From Selaginella moellendorffii (Eukaryota > Plantae > Lycopodiophyta), in the NCBI RefSeq assembly GCF_000143415.4, contig NW_003314267.1:1247309-1311308 (forward strand): a stretch of 64,000 nt of DNA, written 5' to 3'. The notes beneath the pieces are model-generated. The model saw only the letters and a list, made by a program, of their open reading frames with translations. It searched no databases and was not told the DNA's origin. The translations under genes and the position numbers were made by a program. Numbering within the stretch: the stretch's first letter is position 1; each line of letters opens with the position of its first letter. Positions 25,161 through 37,300 of the stretch are shown piece by piece.

Positions 25161-26235
25161 TCATGGATCTGAAGTTCTGCTCGTGTTCATGGTCTTGCAG
25201 CTCTGCTGGAAATGAGGCCTTGGGATGCCCGGCATTCCAGGAGGAGCAGCAGTAGCTCCGGGAAGAGGTGGCGGAGGCGGCACAAATTGACTATACACGT
25301 CTTTAGGAGTGTACGTCAGGGAACGGAAGGTGCATTGCCATGGCAGCGGCCGCAAAGGAATACCAGGTATTCAAGCGACACCATTGGCATTGCCATGCCA
25401 ACGCTGGCGTCAACAGCACCTCGAGCACCCAGGAATGAGCTCCCCAAGCTTGAGGCCTCCATCTGAACTGATCCAGATGCTCGTCCCAGTGGTGCCATTT
25501 GCTCGTTAGAGGCCAAGACAGCAGACGTGCGTTGTACTTGTCGCGAGTTATCACCACGACACCAGAACTTCATGGTGTGGTTGCTGCATCCGCTGCTCAG
25601 ACGACAAAGCCACCGCTAAGAACAAGAAAAAAGGTGTGTCATAGAACATCCAACAACACCTGCAAAGTGGCCCATGGGACGCCATGGCAAATCCAGAATG
25701 TTGTTGTCGTGAGCATTCGAGACTTCTGCTTGAGGTTGTTCGTGCCTAAAACAACAACGTCCATGTGTAATCAGAATTGAATCTCATGAGGTGGTAACAT
25801 ACCCAACGAGCCAGTGTATAATGCTGCTGTCATGGCTTCTGCTCACGAAGAGTTCCTCGTGAAAAGGATGCCACGCCAATGCTGCACCAAAATCAAAACG
25901 TAAGAGCACTCTAACTCATCCAATATACATGTTACTTCGTTCTTAACGATTTGTCTCGATATCCTCAAGGTTCGGATGTCAAACAGCTGAGAAAGAGGGG
26001 GAAAAAACAAGAAAGAGGCGTTCAGTTCACTTTGTTCACTTAGCTTGATTACTTGGTCTCTTCCTGTGATTTAGATTAGCGACCGCTATTTCACACACTA
26101 CACACGTCCTTCGCACTTGCGATGAAGATATCATGATATTAGTTGTAAGCACCTAAAGGCTTATCAGAAACGAGGAGAGACTTTTGTGGATGCCAATCCA
26201 CGCTCTTGACATCCCAGCCGTGAGCTGTACAGATC
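25161..26235 (-). pseudogene. FY: Partial, disrupted copy of FY/WDR33 (Pfs2) polyadenylation factor
   Basis: Exons read [70 protein letters not shown] and HTMKFWCR, followed by a Pro-rich PPPPPLPG tail. N-terminal WD repeats are absent and there are frameshifts. Confidence 0.85.
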
Positions 26236-26479
26236 CAAACGTATAAGAACATAAAGAACTAGCTTACATCGACATACCTGTTAATGTCTTGACACCAGTA
26301 TATATCATCATTCACCACCAAAAACGAGAAGCCAAGCTTGTTTTCACCTGGAAGCATCTCTCTCTAGAAAACTGTAGAGAATCAGCCATTTGTAGTAGAT
26401 AAATAAATGTAACATTTGATTAAAAAAAATCGAATCAATATGGGAGTGACAATCAGATGCCATGCACATTCTTGGACCT

Positions 26480-26487
26480 TATATAAA
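26480..26487 (+). promoter_or_regulatory. TATA box of the secreted repeat-protein gene
   Basis: tatataaa ~50 nt upstream of ATG 26535. Confidence 0.65.
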
Positions 26488-26534
26488 GGGGCCAAAAGCT
26501 GCACTGATTAACGAGCAATCAGCACAGTTTCACC

Positions 26535-27002
26535 ATGAATTCTGCTTTGGTGTTTTTGGTGTTTGTATTTGCCACATTCCAGATTGCATTGTCTTCTTCA
26601 AGAAGGGAGATCTTGTCTGATTCTTCAACAGCAGCGGAGCTGGCCTCTGATTCTCTTCTGCCTCCCTCCAAAATGGATGATGATGAAGCCCCACCTCCAA
26701 AGATGGATGATGATCATGCACCTCCTCCCCCTTCAAAGATGGAAGATCATGACCATGATCATAAGGTTCCTCCTCCTCCTGACCATGATCATAAGGCTCC
26801 TTCTCCACCAAAGATGGATGATGGTCATGATCAGCTAGCTCCTCGTCCTCCAAAGATGGATGATGATGATCATGATCAGCTAGCTCCTCCTCCTCCTCCA
26901 AAGATGGATCTAGCTCCTCCACGCAGGCCAAAGAGGATGGGGAACAACAACAACAACAACATCAACATAAATATCAACTTGGATAAAAAACGATCATGCT
27001 AG
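26535..27002 (+). CDS. Secreted Pro/Asp/His/Lys tandem-repeat protein of unknown function (155 aa, intronless)
   Basis: Signal peptide MNSALVFLVFVFATFQIALS, about seven PP(S)KMDD-x-A type repeats, and an Asn-rich tail ending in Cys. TATA box and caccATG context present. Confidence 0.85.
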   Translation: MNSALVFLVFVFATFQIALSSSRREILSDSSTAAELASDSLLPPSKMDDDEAPPPKMDDDHAPPPPSKMEDHDHDHKVPPPPDHDHKAPSPPKMDDGHDQLAPRPPKMDDDDHDQLAPPPPPKMDLAPPRRPKRMGNNNNNNINININLDKKRSC

Positions 27003-27431
27003 ATCAACGCGAGGAGAATAATTACTCTTTTAGATGGACTCTGTCCATCTTTTGTATTTGCAATTAAAGATAAATAATTAGTTTGAAACACGTACTTAAT
27101 AATGAAAGATTTCGTTCAAAATTACATAGAACCACCGCGGAACTACTGGAGGAGTTTGGGGAAAAGAGAATCTTTGATTTGGTGGCGTATTTGTTCAATC
27201 GTTCCCTGTGGAGCCAACGATCTCTACGCCGGTGAAGGAGCTCCCAAGAGAGTCTACCTCAAGTGATGCAGCAGAGAACAAGGACGAGCATCGCAACATC
27301 GACACGTTTCTCGCCACACTCAAGTACATCATGTAAAGCTCCTGTGACTATCGAAGCGGGAGTGGTGAAAACCAGAAGAAAGCTAAAAAGTGCTAGCCTG
27401 TGCATGTATAATTACGGTACTTACAAGGAAT

Positions 27432-29224
27432 TTACGAAAAGTCCCTGCCCTTCAGAACAAAGACACATACCATTGTCCAAACTGCAATAAGATGGTGATC
27501 AGTAAAAATCGATTTGATAAGAGAATGTAGTTGCTCACTATATACTGCCGCAGCGAGCCATTCGTTTATGACTTTCACCCAAACGCTTGCCCACCCGACG
27601 TCTATGCTCCACCTTGAATTCACACACAAAGGACACGAAGCTTATAGAGGAACGAGCAGAGATTACTTACCTGTGCATTGTTTGGTGAAGGTTCCAGCCA
27701 ACGAACAGCATCGCAAAGTACATCGCACCCATCGCAAAGACGAAATGAAAGAAACCATAGCTGTATGGGATATCATTCTCGGATGTCTCCTCTTCACTGT
27801 GTGGTAGCTGTAGAAACGAAAACATTTTTAAAAATGTGAAAATAACTCGAGAGGTTAAAAAAGTGGATACCGCAAGAGATTTCGAATCTATTCCGGTAGA
27901 GAATGTAGCTAGGATGATTGCAAAGAACGCTATCAGAAAGCTCTGTAAAAGAAATAGACAAAATCAGAGAAGAAACTGAAGATATCTGGACGTACCAAAA
28001 CAGTTAGCCAGTCAGCCTTCCCAGTTTGTCGTGATCGCGTATTGCAAAGCTCAGAAGCAGGTTCACTACGAAAAAACAAAAAGAGAAATAAGAAAAAAAA
28101 AAAACGGGAAAGAAAAAAAAATGATACCTCATAATTGCTGACCAGCAGAGAAACACTAGATACAGTGAAATCAACCCTGATGTCAGCAATCCCGCATTGA
28201 CCTGGAAATTATACTTATCAGAAAAACAAGCCATTGAAAGAATTTCACAGTACTTTCGAATGAAGGGAGATGGCCGTCACGACTAAAATGAGAACGAAAG
28301 TCCATGTGATGAAAAAGATATTGACGCCGCAGGACGCCCGTGGAGAGAACCAGACATACATCAAGATGATGCCTATGAATGAAAGTATATACGAGCCCAC
28401 AGCAATCACGACCAGCGGTATTTGGCTGCAAAGAAAGGTCGTGTAAGTCCCAAAACAGTACACAGCTTGAAAATTACCAGCGTCGGACGTTATGCTCGGA
28501 GAGCCACTCTTCGTTCCACCAGTATATAAAATTGATGACACTGAGGAGCTGGATAACGAGAAAAATTCTGTAAAACGAGCAGTTTTCAGCGTAAAATGAA
28601 AACGAAAAAGCTTTCCATTGCACTTACCCAGCTCCAAACCTGGCCATTTCACCTGCAAAGCAAAATTGATCCATCGCTTCTAGAAGAAGAACATTAAATT
28701 CACTTACCATACATTTGAATGAATGCGGATGGGATGAAAAATGGGAGCACCATCACGATGATCCAGAAGAGGCTCTTAATTGGCCACCAGCCTGAGTGCC
28801 AAGCGTCACGGGGGTCGTCGGGTTTAGAAGTTCCCACAGTCGTCAAATACATTGTGAAGAAGAACACCTGATGCTAAGTTAAGGAACAGAATAAAGGCGA
28901 GGATAGAAAATTTTCAAAGGATACGAAGCATCCCAGGCTCACTCGTAGAACACCCTCACTGCCCAAACAATCGTGTCCTCCTTGGCATCCTTTCAAGTCT
29001 AGAAAGAAAATCACAAGTATTAGTTCGATCGTCAGCTCGGAGGACACACACTTACAATGCAAAGAAGCCAATGCGTCATGGCTGTAGTCCCGGATCATCC
29101 AGGCTACCACAGTGGTGAGCAAGAAGATTATGGCGTAGATGTAGCGGGCATTCATCCGGCTCGGGCCGATACACGACTTGGCCAAGCAGCTCTCGGCCAC
29201 AGACTCGAAACATCCCCGCGCCAT
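27432..29224 (-). CDS. Serine incorporator (SERINC/TMS) membrane protein, multi-exon
   Basis: ARYIYAIIFLL...GSEGVLRVSLGCF, WHSGWWPIK, PYSYGFFHFVFAMGAMYFAML and WSIDVGWASVWVKVINEW motifs. Confidence 0.95.
28868..28924 (-). other. U12-type (minor spliceosome) GT-AG intron, 57 nt
   Basis: 5' splice site GTATCCTTT and branch point TTCCTTAAC ~10 nt before CAG. The flanking exons join in frame (SLGCF|VFFFTMYLTT). Confidence 0.85.
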
Positions 29225-29806
29225 GGATTTCTCCCCAGGTTCTCAGATCATCCAGCTCGCGAAGCCGAAATATCGAAATCCGCCACGCCCCACGGCCTCC
29301 TGTGACAATGCAGGCCCGGCATTCGTAGAAACGATCAAGATTTCACACAAACCTGAGCGATCGGCAAGGGGTCGACACGAGCGCCTAGCGATCCAAGCGC
29401 GAAATCATCCGTGCGCGCCGCCTCGCGAAGAAGGGAATGCCCTAAGACCCTCCACAAAGAGAGCGTGAGGTAAGAGTACGGAAGCCTCCAGTTTCATCCT
29501 TTGCCTCACTGGGCGTGCGCCGCAAGGGAGTCTGGGCATGAACCATGTGGCCCAAAAGGCCCGCGATCCGACGGCCGGCGTGGATCTTGGAGGCCGTACG
29601 AGCGCAGAGATCTAACGGTTGGAACAGTTGATCCAACGTTCTTTCGTTCAAAACCTATTTAGCTATATGATTAATTAATGGGTGTTTATCTAATTATTTT
29701 TGAACTAATCTACATCACTAATGTAATCAAGCTTATCAATTAGTGACTTTGTATGCAAAACTGGATGAAACCATCTCTCTCAACCTCAAGAATAAAAAGA
29801 ATTTGA

Positions 29807-31079
29807 TCAAGACCAATCTTCTTTGTCCCTGATCCACTTCGTGGCGACCCATTTCTCGCCTTTAATCACTGGACAGCTCCCGTGCAATGCAGTCTAACAA
29901 CGGCGACAATATATCAGTGGCGATTTCTTCGTTTTCGATCGACTGACCTTGTCAAACGTTCCATTCGGGAACATGGAATAGAAGAGCAAAGCGTCGCCTT
30001 GCTTTGGCTTCACCTTCAAACCGATGCATTCTTTGTAGTCGTAGTTCTCGTTCATGTGCTCGTAATTCTAGACATGGAAACAAGAGTCATGGATTCAACA
30101 GCTTGAAGGCGTGAAAGCAGCGGTACCTCGAAAGGAAACATCGTCTCTCCGCCTTCTTCAACGTCTGAAAGATACAAAAGAAAGGAAGCCATCTGCATAA
30201 GAGAAACGTATCAGCTTGAAACTCCAAGCTGAGACGACGGCTTACGCGTTGGCTCTTCTGAGGTCCGTATTCCGCAGGATTGAAAACGTCATAGTGGCTG
30301 TTGTATTTCTGTCCGATCTCGTAGCGAAGAACATTGAAAGCCTGCAAAGGTTTGCTTTGAACTAAAACTCGTCTTTTCATCGTTTGTCTGTTTACCTCTC
30401 CGTGTGACTTGGGGATCATGGTGGCTTTAGCCATTTTTTCCTCCACCCAGGCCAGTGTGCCCGTCTTGTCTTGCCTGGAGCTCAAGAAGCAGCCATGACT
30501 GCCTTACATGACAGGAAAAACTCGTCTCAAAAGCTCGAAACCGCGCCGGCAAAAAGAAAAGAAGGAAGAGAAGATAAGAACCTTGTTCTTACGTCCTGCG
30601 TCTCCGTGGCCGTCTCTCCCTTGCGAAGAGCAAGTGAAGATGGCGTAAGCTTCGTCTTTGCTAGACTGATGATCGCCTCGCACTGTGCCGGGCTTGCGAA
30701 TTTCGGGAAGAGAAGAGCTCGAGGTGTCCAGCTTAGTACCTGACTTAAGCATAAGCAAAAAGAACTCCAAGAGAATTTATAATCTCACTCTCTCACCTGG
30801 AAAGGTATGAATGCTAATTGATCTTCGCCAGTCACACCGTGCTCCGCGACCGTGACATCCTCGAGTAACTCATGTCTTCGATTCGCAAATGCTGGATTCG
30901 TATCCTCTGGAAGCTAAAGGAGTACAAGAAAAAGATGGAATTGAGTGCTTCGTTACAAGGATTACCTGCTGGAATTCGGGGATGAAGTATCCAACGAGAA
31001 AAGCGAGCACGCACAAGACTAGAACCAGAGGCGCCGATACCTGGTGGCCGCACACCCGGCCTCTCGATCTCCCCTTCAT
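29807..31079 (-). CDS. P4H: Prolyl 4-hydroxylase (2OG-Fe(II) dioxygenase, type II membrane), multi-exon
   Basis: VLSWTPRA, VLRYEIGQKYNSHYDVF (HxD), LLYLSDVEEGGETMFP and LHGSCPVIKGEKWVATKWIR, with an N-terminal TM segment. Confidence 0.95.
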
Positions 31080-31121
31080 AATTTTGGAGCCGGATTGAAG
31101 CTACAACCCTGAATCCAACCT

Positions 31122-31144
31122 ATCGATCGATCGATCGATCGATC
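31122..31144. repeat. (GATC)n microsatellite in the P4H 5' region
   Basis: atcgatcgatcgatcgatcgatc (self-complementary). Confidence 0.9.
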
Positions 31145-31397
31145 CCTCACCTTCTAATCGGCGCGGCGCTCGCTCGCGAGCGCCCTACCTAGTGAAGATT
31201 TCTCCGCCCTACCACGCGATCAATGCCGTGTGGTTTCGCGGCCGTCGGGAAGAACAGCCGTTCTCTAGCTACCTGAGCAAATAATACCCCAAAAGGTCAA
31301 CTCGGGCTTTAATCGTTGACTAGATATGTGCCACGTGTTTTCTTTGACTATGCCACGCAGGCCCTAGTTTTTGTTTTCCCGCATTTTAGGGTTCTTG

Positions 31398-32293
31398 ATG
31401 GCGGAGGACGCGCCGAGATCGAGGAAGAAGGCGCCCGAGCCGGAGCCCGAGCCGCCACAGCCGACGTATGTCTACGATCTTGGCGCCGATATGCTGGAGA
31501 CGCTCCACAGGGCGTTCAATCTCGTGGCCAAGAAGGGCGGCAGGAGGAAGCCCAACGAGGTCGACGAGAGGTGAGTTTCGGGGGGGAATCTCGGCGATCT
31601 TTGGCTCACAATTGCTTCCAGGGATGTGCCAGTGTTGGTGCGCGCGCTGGGATACAATCCGACCGACCAGCACATCCAGCGTGTGGTTCTCCGGGTAAGA
31701 AAGAAAGAACCAACGACTTTCTTCTCTCTCCTTCGCTCTTGAGCGATCTTCCCGAGGAAACAGGCAAGAGAGGACGAAGATCCAAAGCATTGCACGAGAG
31801 GGCACCTAGACATCAACAATCTCCAGAAGAAGATCGCGGAAGTTTTCGCCACGGATCCATCGCTGTCGTATCGCCACACCGAGAACGAGCTCATCGCATG
31901 CCTTCGAGTAAGCAAAGATTCTCGACTGCTCGATTTCTCTGATGGAATTCTCTCTCTCTTTGTTCTCAAGGCTCTATCTCCGCCGAGCCAGGACTACATC
32001 GAGCCTACTGATCTCTACGTAAGTGATTTGGATGCGCGATCCATCTCGTACGTATCCATCACTCTTGTGATCAGGATGCGATGACCGATCACGGTGTGAG
32101 TTTCACGCACGACGAAGCCGAGACAATGATCCGGGCGGGCAAAGATCGAGACACACAGAAAGTTTGGCACGAAGACTACGCGTTTGTGGCGGCCAGCGAT
32201 TCCATCCCAAAGCCTCCCAACATTATCGCCACAGAGATTCCTCCCGAGCTCCCGCCAATGGAAGCGCCGCCGCCGCCGCCGCCGCCAGCCTAA
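31398..32293 (+). CDS. EF-hand protein resembling dynein regulatory complex subunit 8 (DRC8/EFCAB2), five exons
   Basis: Spliced: ...RAFNL...VDER|DVPVLVRALGYNPTD...|...TENELIACLR|AL...YIEPTDLY|DAMTDHGVSFTHDEAETMIRAGKDRDTQKVWHEDY. This follows the EFCAB2 pattern (VDVRE..IIRSLG..PT...MTEEGEPFSQEEMEEML.AA.D....I.Y.DY). Confidence 0.7.
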
Positions 32294-32579
32294 CACCCTT
32301 GCTGACGTGGATTCTCACGTTTCAAATATTTTGGCGGGGTTGCTAGGGTTTGTTCTCATAGAAGTGAATGGCTAGGGAAGGTTTTTCTGGGTTGGCAGGA
32401 TGCGATTTGATGCATTCCATTGCTGGTTTGGTGATCGAAACATCAAGCAATGTAGGTTTGGTTCTTTTCTTATTTTTTTTCTTCCTATTGCTTCTCATTT
32501 TTTCTTTGTGCGTGTGTTGTGTTTGCTTTGATGCATTGTTGTGAAATTTTCCTCATTGGCTTTTTTGTTGTGTTTTAAT

Positions 32580-34500
32580 CGCAGGAAACGAATGCTTGCA
32601 ACCGGATGTGACTAAAGCGTAGTAGTAACTTTCTTTCTTTCCACTTTTGTGCTGATTTATACAAGTTTTTTCCTTTCATTTTTCTAAAGAGAAGGTTGCT
32701 AAGCAGATAACAAAACAATGCGAGTGCTATACCATAACAAGACCCGTTTTCAGGCAAGATTTCAAATCGGATAGAAATAACTTGCAACCGTCGTCGCCAT
32801 AACGTAGCAAAAACTTTTTCGTAGAACTGATTTACGGCAGCAACCTTGAAAAGTAGAGCATAAGTCAAAACATTATCCACAAAAGCCACAAAATCCTTAC
32901 CTTATCACTGTCTAAGCTGATATTTTGCATCGAGCCAAGCCGAACCACAACATTTCTTCCGCGTTCCAAATTCAGTTCGAAGCTTCCATTTTCGAGGGAG
33001 GCATCCCAACTTTGATGACAAGAACAGTGCCAAGTTACGATAGGAGAACCTGTCGTCACTGGAACTAAAGGAAAGCACGTAGGTGTGGAAGGTCAGTGGC
33101 AATGCCGTGAGTTTGTTCTTGTTCTTCGTGAGTTTCCTCTCGCAGCTCTGATCGATCCATGCCATGATTTTGCAGCAAAAGAGCGATGTTTAGAGCCCCG
33201 ACGCGTTGGAAGCCAAGCAGCTATGAAGAGCATCGGACTTAAAAGACTTTCGTGAAGACGCGTCAAGGATCTGTTGTTTATGTGTGATCCTTCGCTCTGA
33301 TGTGGTCCTGCCAGAGTATGTCCATGCGTAATACGACCGCTGCTCATCATTCTAGTATAGCAGTATTCTTCTCAGTCTAGACTTGACAGACGCCGTGGTT
33401 TCCTACATAAAAGCGCATTCACTCTTATAACCTCACCAAGCTCATAGAAATGTGGCCACATATTAGAATACCAAAAGAAGGTAGGAGAGAGAAGGGTCTT
33501 GTGCAAAGCTTCTCTCTTTTGTGGAGATTTTGTAGCCGAAACTTCCCCTGTGATGAGTGATGTCTTGAAGTAAGTCTTCTCGTCTTTTATTGATGATCCT
33601 GTCACTTGGAGCAGACAATCCTTGTGCTTGATGTCCTGGAAGCTCTGATCGGTACTTGGGTGTCAGAAAAGTCGTCAGATAACTTGGATTCGTCTTCATA
33701 ATGTTTTGTCGGATAAACGGGAGTTAAAGCCGAGGATGAAGAAATCTATCCATAGATCCGAGACAGAGACCCCTCCTTCCTGGAAAACGCAAGCCGTTCG
33801 TGAGCACTCGCTGTCTATACATCGGGCAAGATCTATGCGGAACTTCTTTCCTCTAAGACTTCTCGCCGATGCGAACTCCGAGACGTTTGAAACTTCCGCC
33901 GCAAGTGATACTCCAGGCTCGCTTTGGGACGAGTTAACGCGTCTTGGACCGACTCTCTTCGAAATCACGCAGGTATAAAGCCCGACGCAAACTTTCATAG
34001 ACGAGATCGAGAACGAGAACAAAGACAAGTCAGCCGAGGCGCTGATGATCGAGAGAGCCTTGGACACCTCGTTGTCAAAGTTGCCGAGCGTGCAGATTCT
34101 CTGCTTGGTTTTCAGGAAGCTAAGATTTCCTGAGCTTGTCTGAGGTAAAGCTTTTCTTATTTGTGTCTGCGTTGTCACAAGCCACATTAATTGACGCAAG
34201 CGATGGCTCGGGACAACGAGGTTTCTAGCTTCGGCGAAAGCACACGGTATCTGGCGCTGCGAGGAAGATAGAAAAGATCTCGAGGATGCAAACGACACAA
34301 CTGGAAAGTAGCTGCCAAGGTAAGATCGATCCTGTTTTATTGTTATTCTCTAGAGTGATGTTCTCCGATTCTAAACAGGATGGTTTGAGCCAGCAAATTC
34401 GGATTTCTTGTCAAAGAGTACAGCCAATTTAGCTCCATTGTCATCAGCCACTTTATATACAGAATGTCGGGATATCAGGAGGCAAAATCTCGATCGATGA
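32580..34500 (+). other. Possible multi-exon hypothetical gene or pseudogene
   Basis: Alternating pyrimidine-rich intron-like segments with GT..AG ends and open segments (e.g. 33706-33978). No consistent ORF or domain could be assembled. Confidence 0.25.
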
Positions 34501-34518
34501 CAAAAGTTCCCGACTTTT

Positions 34519-35260
34519 CTATACCGGCACCCTTCTTGAGCGGAAGCGATCGAATATCTGAAACGAGGAGAGTTAACTTCCCACAAATCGGGAGGGAGAA
34601 AGCCGGAGAAAGCTTACCGAGACGAAGAAGGGCTGTTGGAAGAACCAGCCAAGAACTGGAACTCTATACAAGAAGACCACCACCGTCGGGAGGAAGCCAC
34701 TGCGCATGAACACAACTTTCTTACGTGAGAAGAGAAACGAGGCTCGAGAACTTTGCCGACCTGAAGAGGATGATAAAACCATACGCTTCGATGATCATTC
34801 CAACCACGGGCCATCCGAGGATGACGAGGACAAATCCCACCAGGAAAGATATCGTGCCCTGCAGCCGCAGCGCGGCGATCAAACTTGCAAAAACAAAGGA
34901 AGAAAAATGCCGCGGGAGAAGAATTCTCATACCTTGAAGTTGCGTCGCTTGGCGAAGAAGAAGAGCGTCGACTTGGGACCAATCGTGAGAGTAACGCCGG
35001 ACAAGAACAAGATCTGCAACAAAGGAACAAGAAAAGATTAAAAACTCTTCAATTCTTCCTGCGATTTGCGCTCACGTTTCCCATGGCCAGAAGGGCCTTG
35101 TCGAAGAAGAAGATCAATCCCAGAAACGTGAAGAGCACCCCGAATCCAGTGAGGCCAATTCCAATCTCTAAAAATTCCCAGAGCTGAGAACTGGAGCTAG
35201 AAGAAAGAAAATGCTGCAGCTAGACTTACTCTTGTAATCGTTCACATCCATCGACAACAT
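34519..35260 (-). CDS. GOT1: GOT1-like vesicle transport protein (Got1/Sft2 family)
   Basis: [10 protein letters not shown]|[28 protein letters not shown]|ILFLSG...|GTISF...|...FQQPFFVS|[12 protein letters not shown]. Confidence 0.95.
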
Positions 35261-36229
35261 CGCGGCGGGAGTCCTCGCGCCTGGGCAGCTCGCGCTCGCT
35301 GATCTAGGGCTTGAGAGCTCCAAGCGCGCCCTGGGTTCGAATCTCCGCCCAAGCAAAATCCACAAACCCTAGGAAATAGAAAAACAGAGATGCCCTAACC
35401 CTACATTTTCAAAAAGATGCCAGGGGCATCTTCTACAGATTTAAGAAACTGTACGGAACATTCGCGGTGATCTCGGGGAGAGTAAAAAAACGTGATAAAC
35501 TCGAAAGATTTGCACACAGTAATTTGTAGATTCCTGTCTGACATGCCCGATTGACTTTCGCGGCCGCGTTTTGGCCCAAATCCCAACGTCGCCGCGGAGA
35601 CGATGACACCAAACTTTGTAAACAAGGACATTCTCTCCAAAAGAAAATCCACAGGACATTCTTTGTTCAAGCCTGGTTGTATGGCAACGATTGGACGACA
35701 CTGCCAAGAATTTTAATCCAGAGTGTCGGCGATCTCACAATCTCGCCAGTGAAAAGAATCGTAAAACAATCCATACCTCTCTTCTCGCGGGAAAAGTTTT
35801 GCTCGCTCCAAGAGACAAGAGAGCGAGCGAAGAAAAGCCCTCCTTCACACACAGACCTTTCACAGCAGCTTTAGGATAGCGAAAGGAAAAGAACTATAAT
35901 GTTTTGTTACCCGCTTTTGACGACACTCGACACCACCGCGCGGCGCACAGGAGCGAGCAAATTTAAGATTCCGGACGCCATGAGTTCTTTTCCTGCAGCA
36001 AAACGCAGCGCGGAATTAGCTTCGCGCAAGCAGACAAGCGCTTGCCAGTTTCTTAATCGAAAAATTCTTAAGTTATTCTCACCTCTCACTCACCAGCCAG
36101 CCAGCAGCCAGGAAAGACTCTTGACCCCCTTGAAAAAACAACCTTGCAAAAAGTCCAACATTTCCATCATCCGAAGACCAGGAAGAAGAAAACACCAAAA
36201 TTCGAAAGGACGAAGAAAAAAAAAACTAC

Positions 36230-37300
36230 AAGACAAAAGAAGAAGAAGAAACTGAGCTGGATGTAACGGGCAGCAGCATACAATCGTCTGATGAACCAAC
36301 CATCTCCAATGCAGGCAAACAGCAAAAAGGAAGAAGACTGACCTCCACTCCAGAAGACCCTCGGAAGCCTTTGCAGTACGCTTGACCCACCTATAGAAAG
36401 CCTTTGCAGCACATAAGGCCCACGCCGAAAGAGAAATATATATATCTGCCGATTAAATACATACCTTAGAATGAGAGAGACACCGAGCCGTATGTATGGT
36501 GGTCACTGGTGTTGTGGACCACACACTACAGACCGAAATAAAGAAGGATCATCGGCTCCGACCACCAACAGTGGCCAGGAGGCAGGCTACCGCTCAGTAG
36601 CATATCTAGCGGTAGCCGGAGAGCGCTTGGTTCGTAGCAGCAGCTGCCAGGAGGATTAAACAAACGAGGCAGGAAATAAATGACGAGGATAACGTATCTA
36701 GCACGCCTCTGTAACGGCCACTAGTTGATGCCCGGCTGCAAGGATCTGATCTGAATAGGATTTCACTTGACACTGATCAGTTGAGCGCTATAAACTTTGT
36801 CGCAAAGCTCACACCTTTCGATCGCAACTTTGAATTTGTTCAGGAGCCAAGCCGTCCGTCCAGCCGTAATTGCTCTCCTCTCTACATATTCCTGACACAG
36901 GGAGCGGACTTTATACATGCAAAAACAAAACAAAGTCTCCGTCCTACGTACAAAAGCCAAAACATTACCTCCTTGTCTTTGTATCATGGCTCGACAAGCG
37001 AGAGTGCCACCTAAACTTATGCGTCTTGTCGAGCAGTAATATGAAACGCACTTTGGAGGGAGCTGAGCGCTGGCTGCTGCTGCTTATCTGTCCCGCTCGC
37101 CAGCTCTCACGAGACCCGGCGCGTGCGTTCATGCAAACAAGACATAAGTCACGTCCCACAGTGAGGAGGAGAGAAATTAGAAAAAGAAAAGAGAAGCAAA
37201 GAGCAGGAACTTACAACCAAGCACCAGCGTTCTGTTTGCATAATTAATTTCTCGGAACTCGTCAGGACGGCGGGCAAGAGGCACGGACGAGCGAACGGAA
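36230..37300 (-). other. Candidate many-small-exon transcript of unknown product
   Basis: A series of short exon-like blocks bounded by GT/GC..AG and pyrimidine tracts. One frame stays open across several junctions (MIQRQG|GICREESNYGWTDGLAPEQIQSCDRK|CQVKSYSDQILAAG...). Confidence 0.3.

Noticed and set aside
26530-26931. Antisense His/Glu-rich ORF over the repeat gene
   Set aside because: Mirror of the repeats. Only the plus strand has a TATA box, ATG context and signal peptide.
27812-27870. Second SERINC intron starting GTATCC as a U12 candidate
   Set aside because: It continues AC rather than TT and has no TCCTTAAC near the acceptor, so it is treated as U2.
30905-30965. Apparent frameshift between P4H exons 1 and 2
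   Set aside because: Resolved by the upstream tttag acceptor, which gives in-frame LPEDTNPAF.
26535-31079. Repeat protein plus prolyl 4-hydroxylase as a peptide-modification gene cluster
   Set aside because: The P4H looks like a conserved housekeeping type and is separated by SERINC. Proximity alone is weak evidence in such gene-dense DNA.
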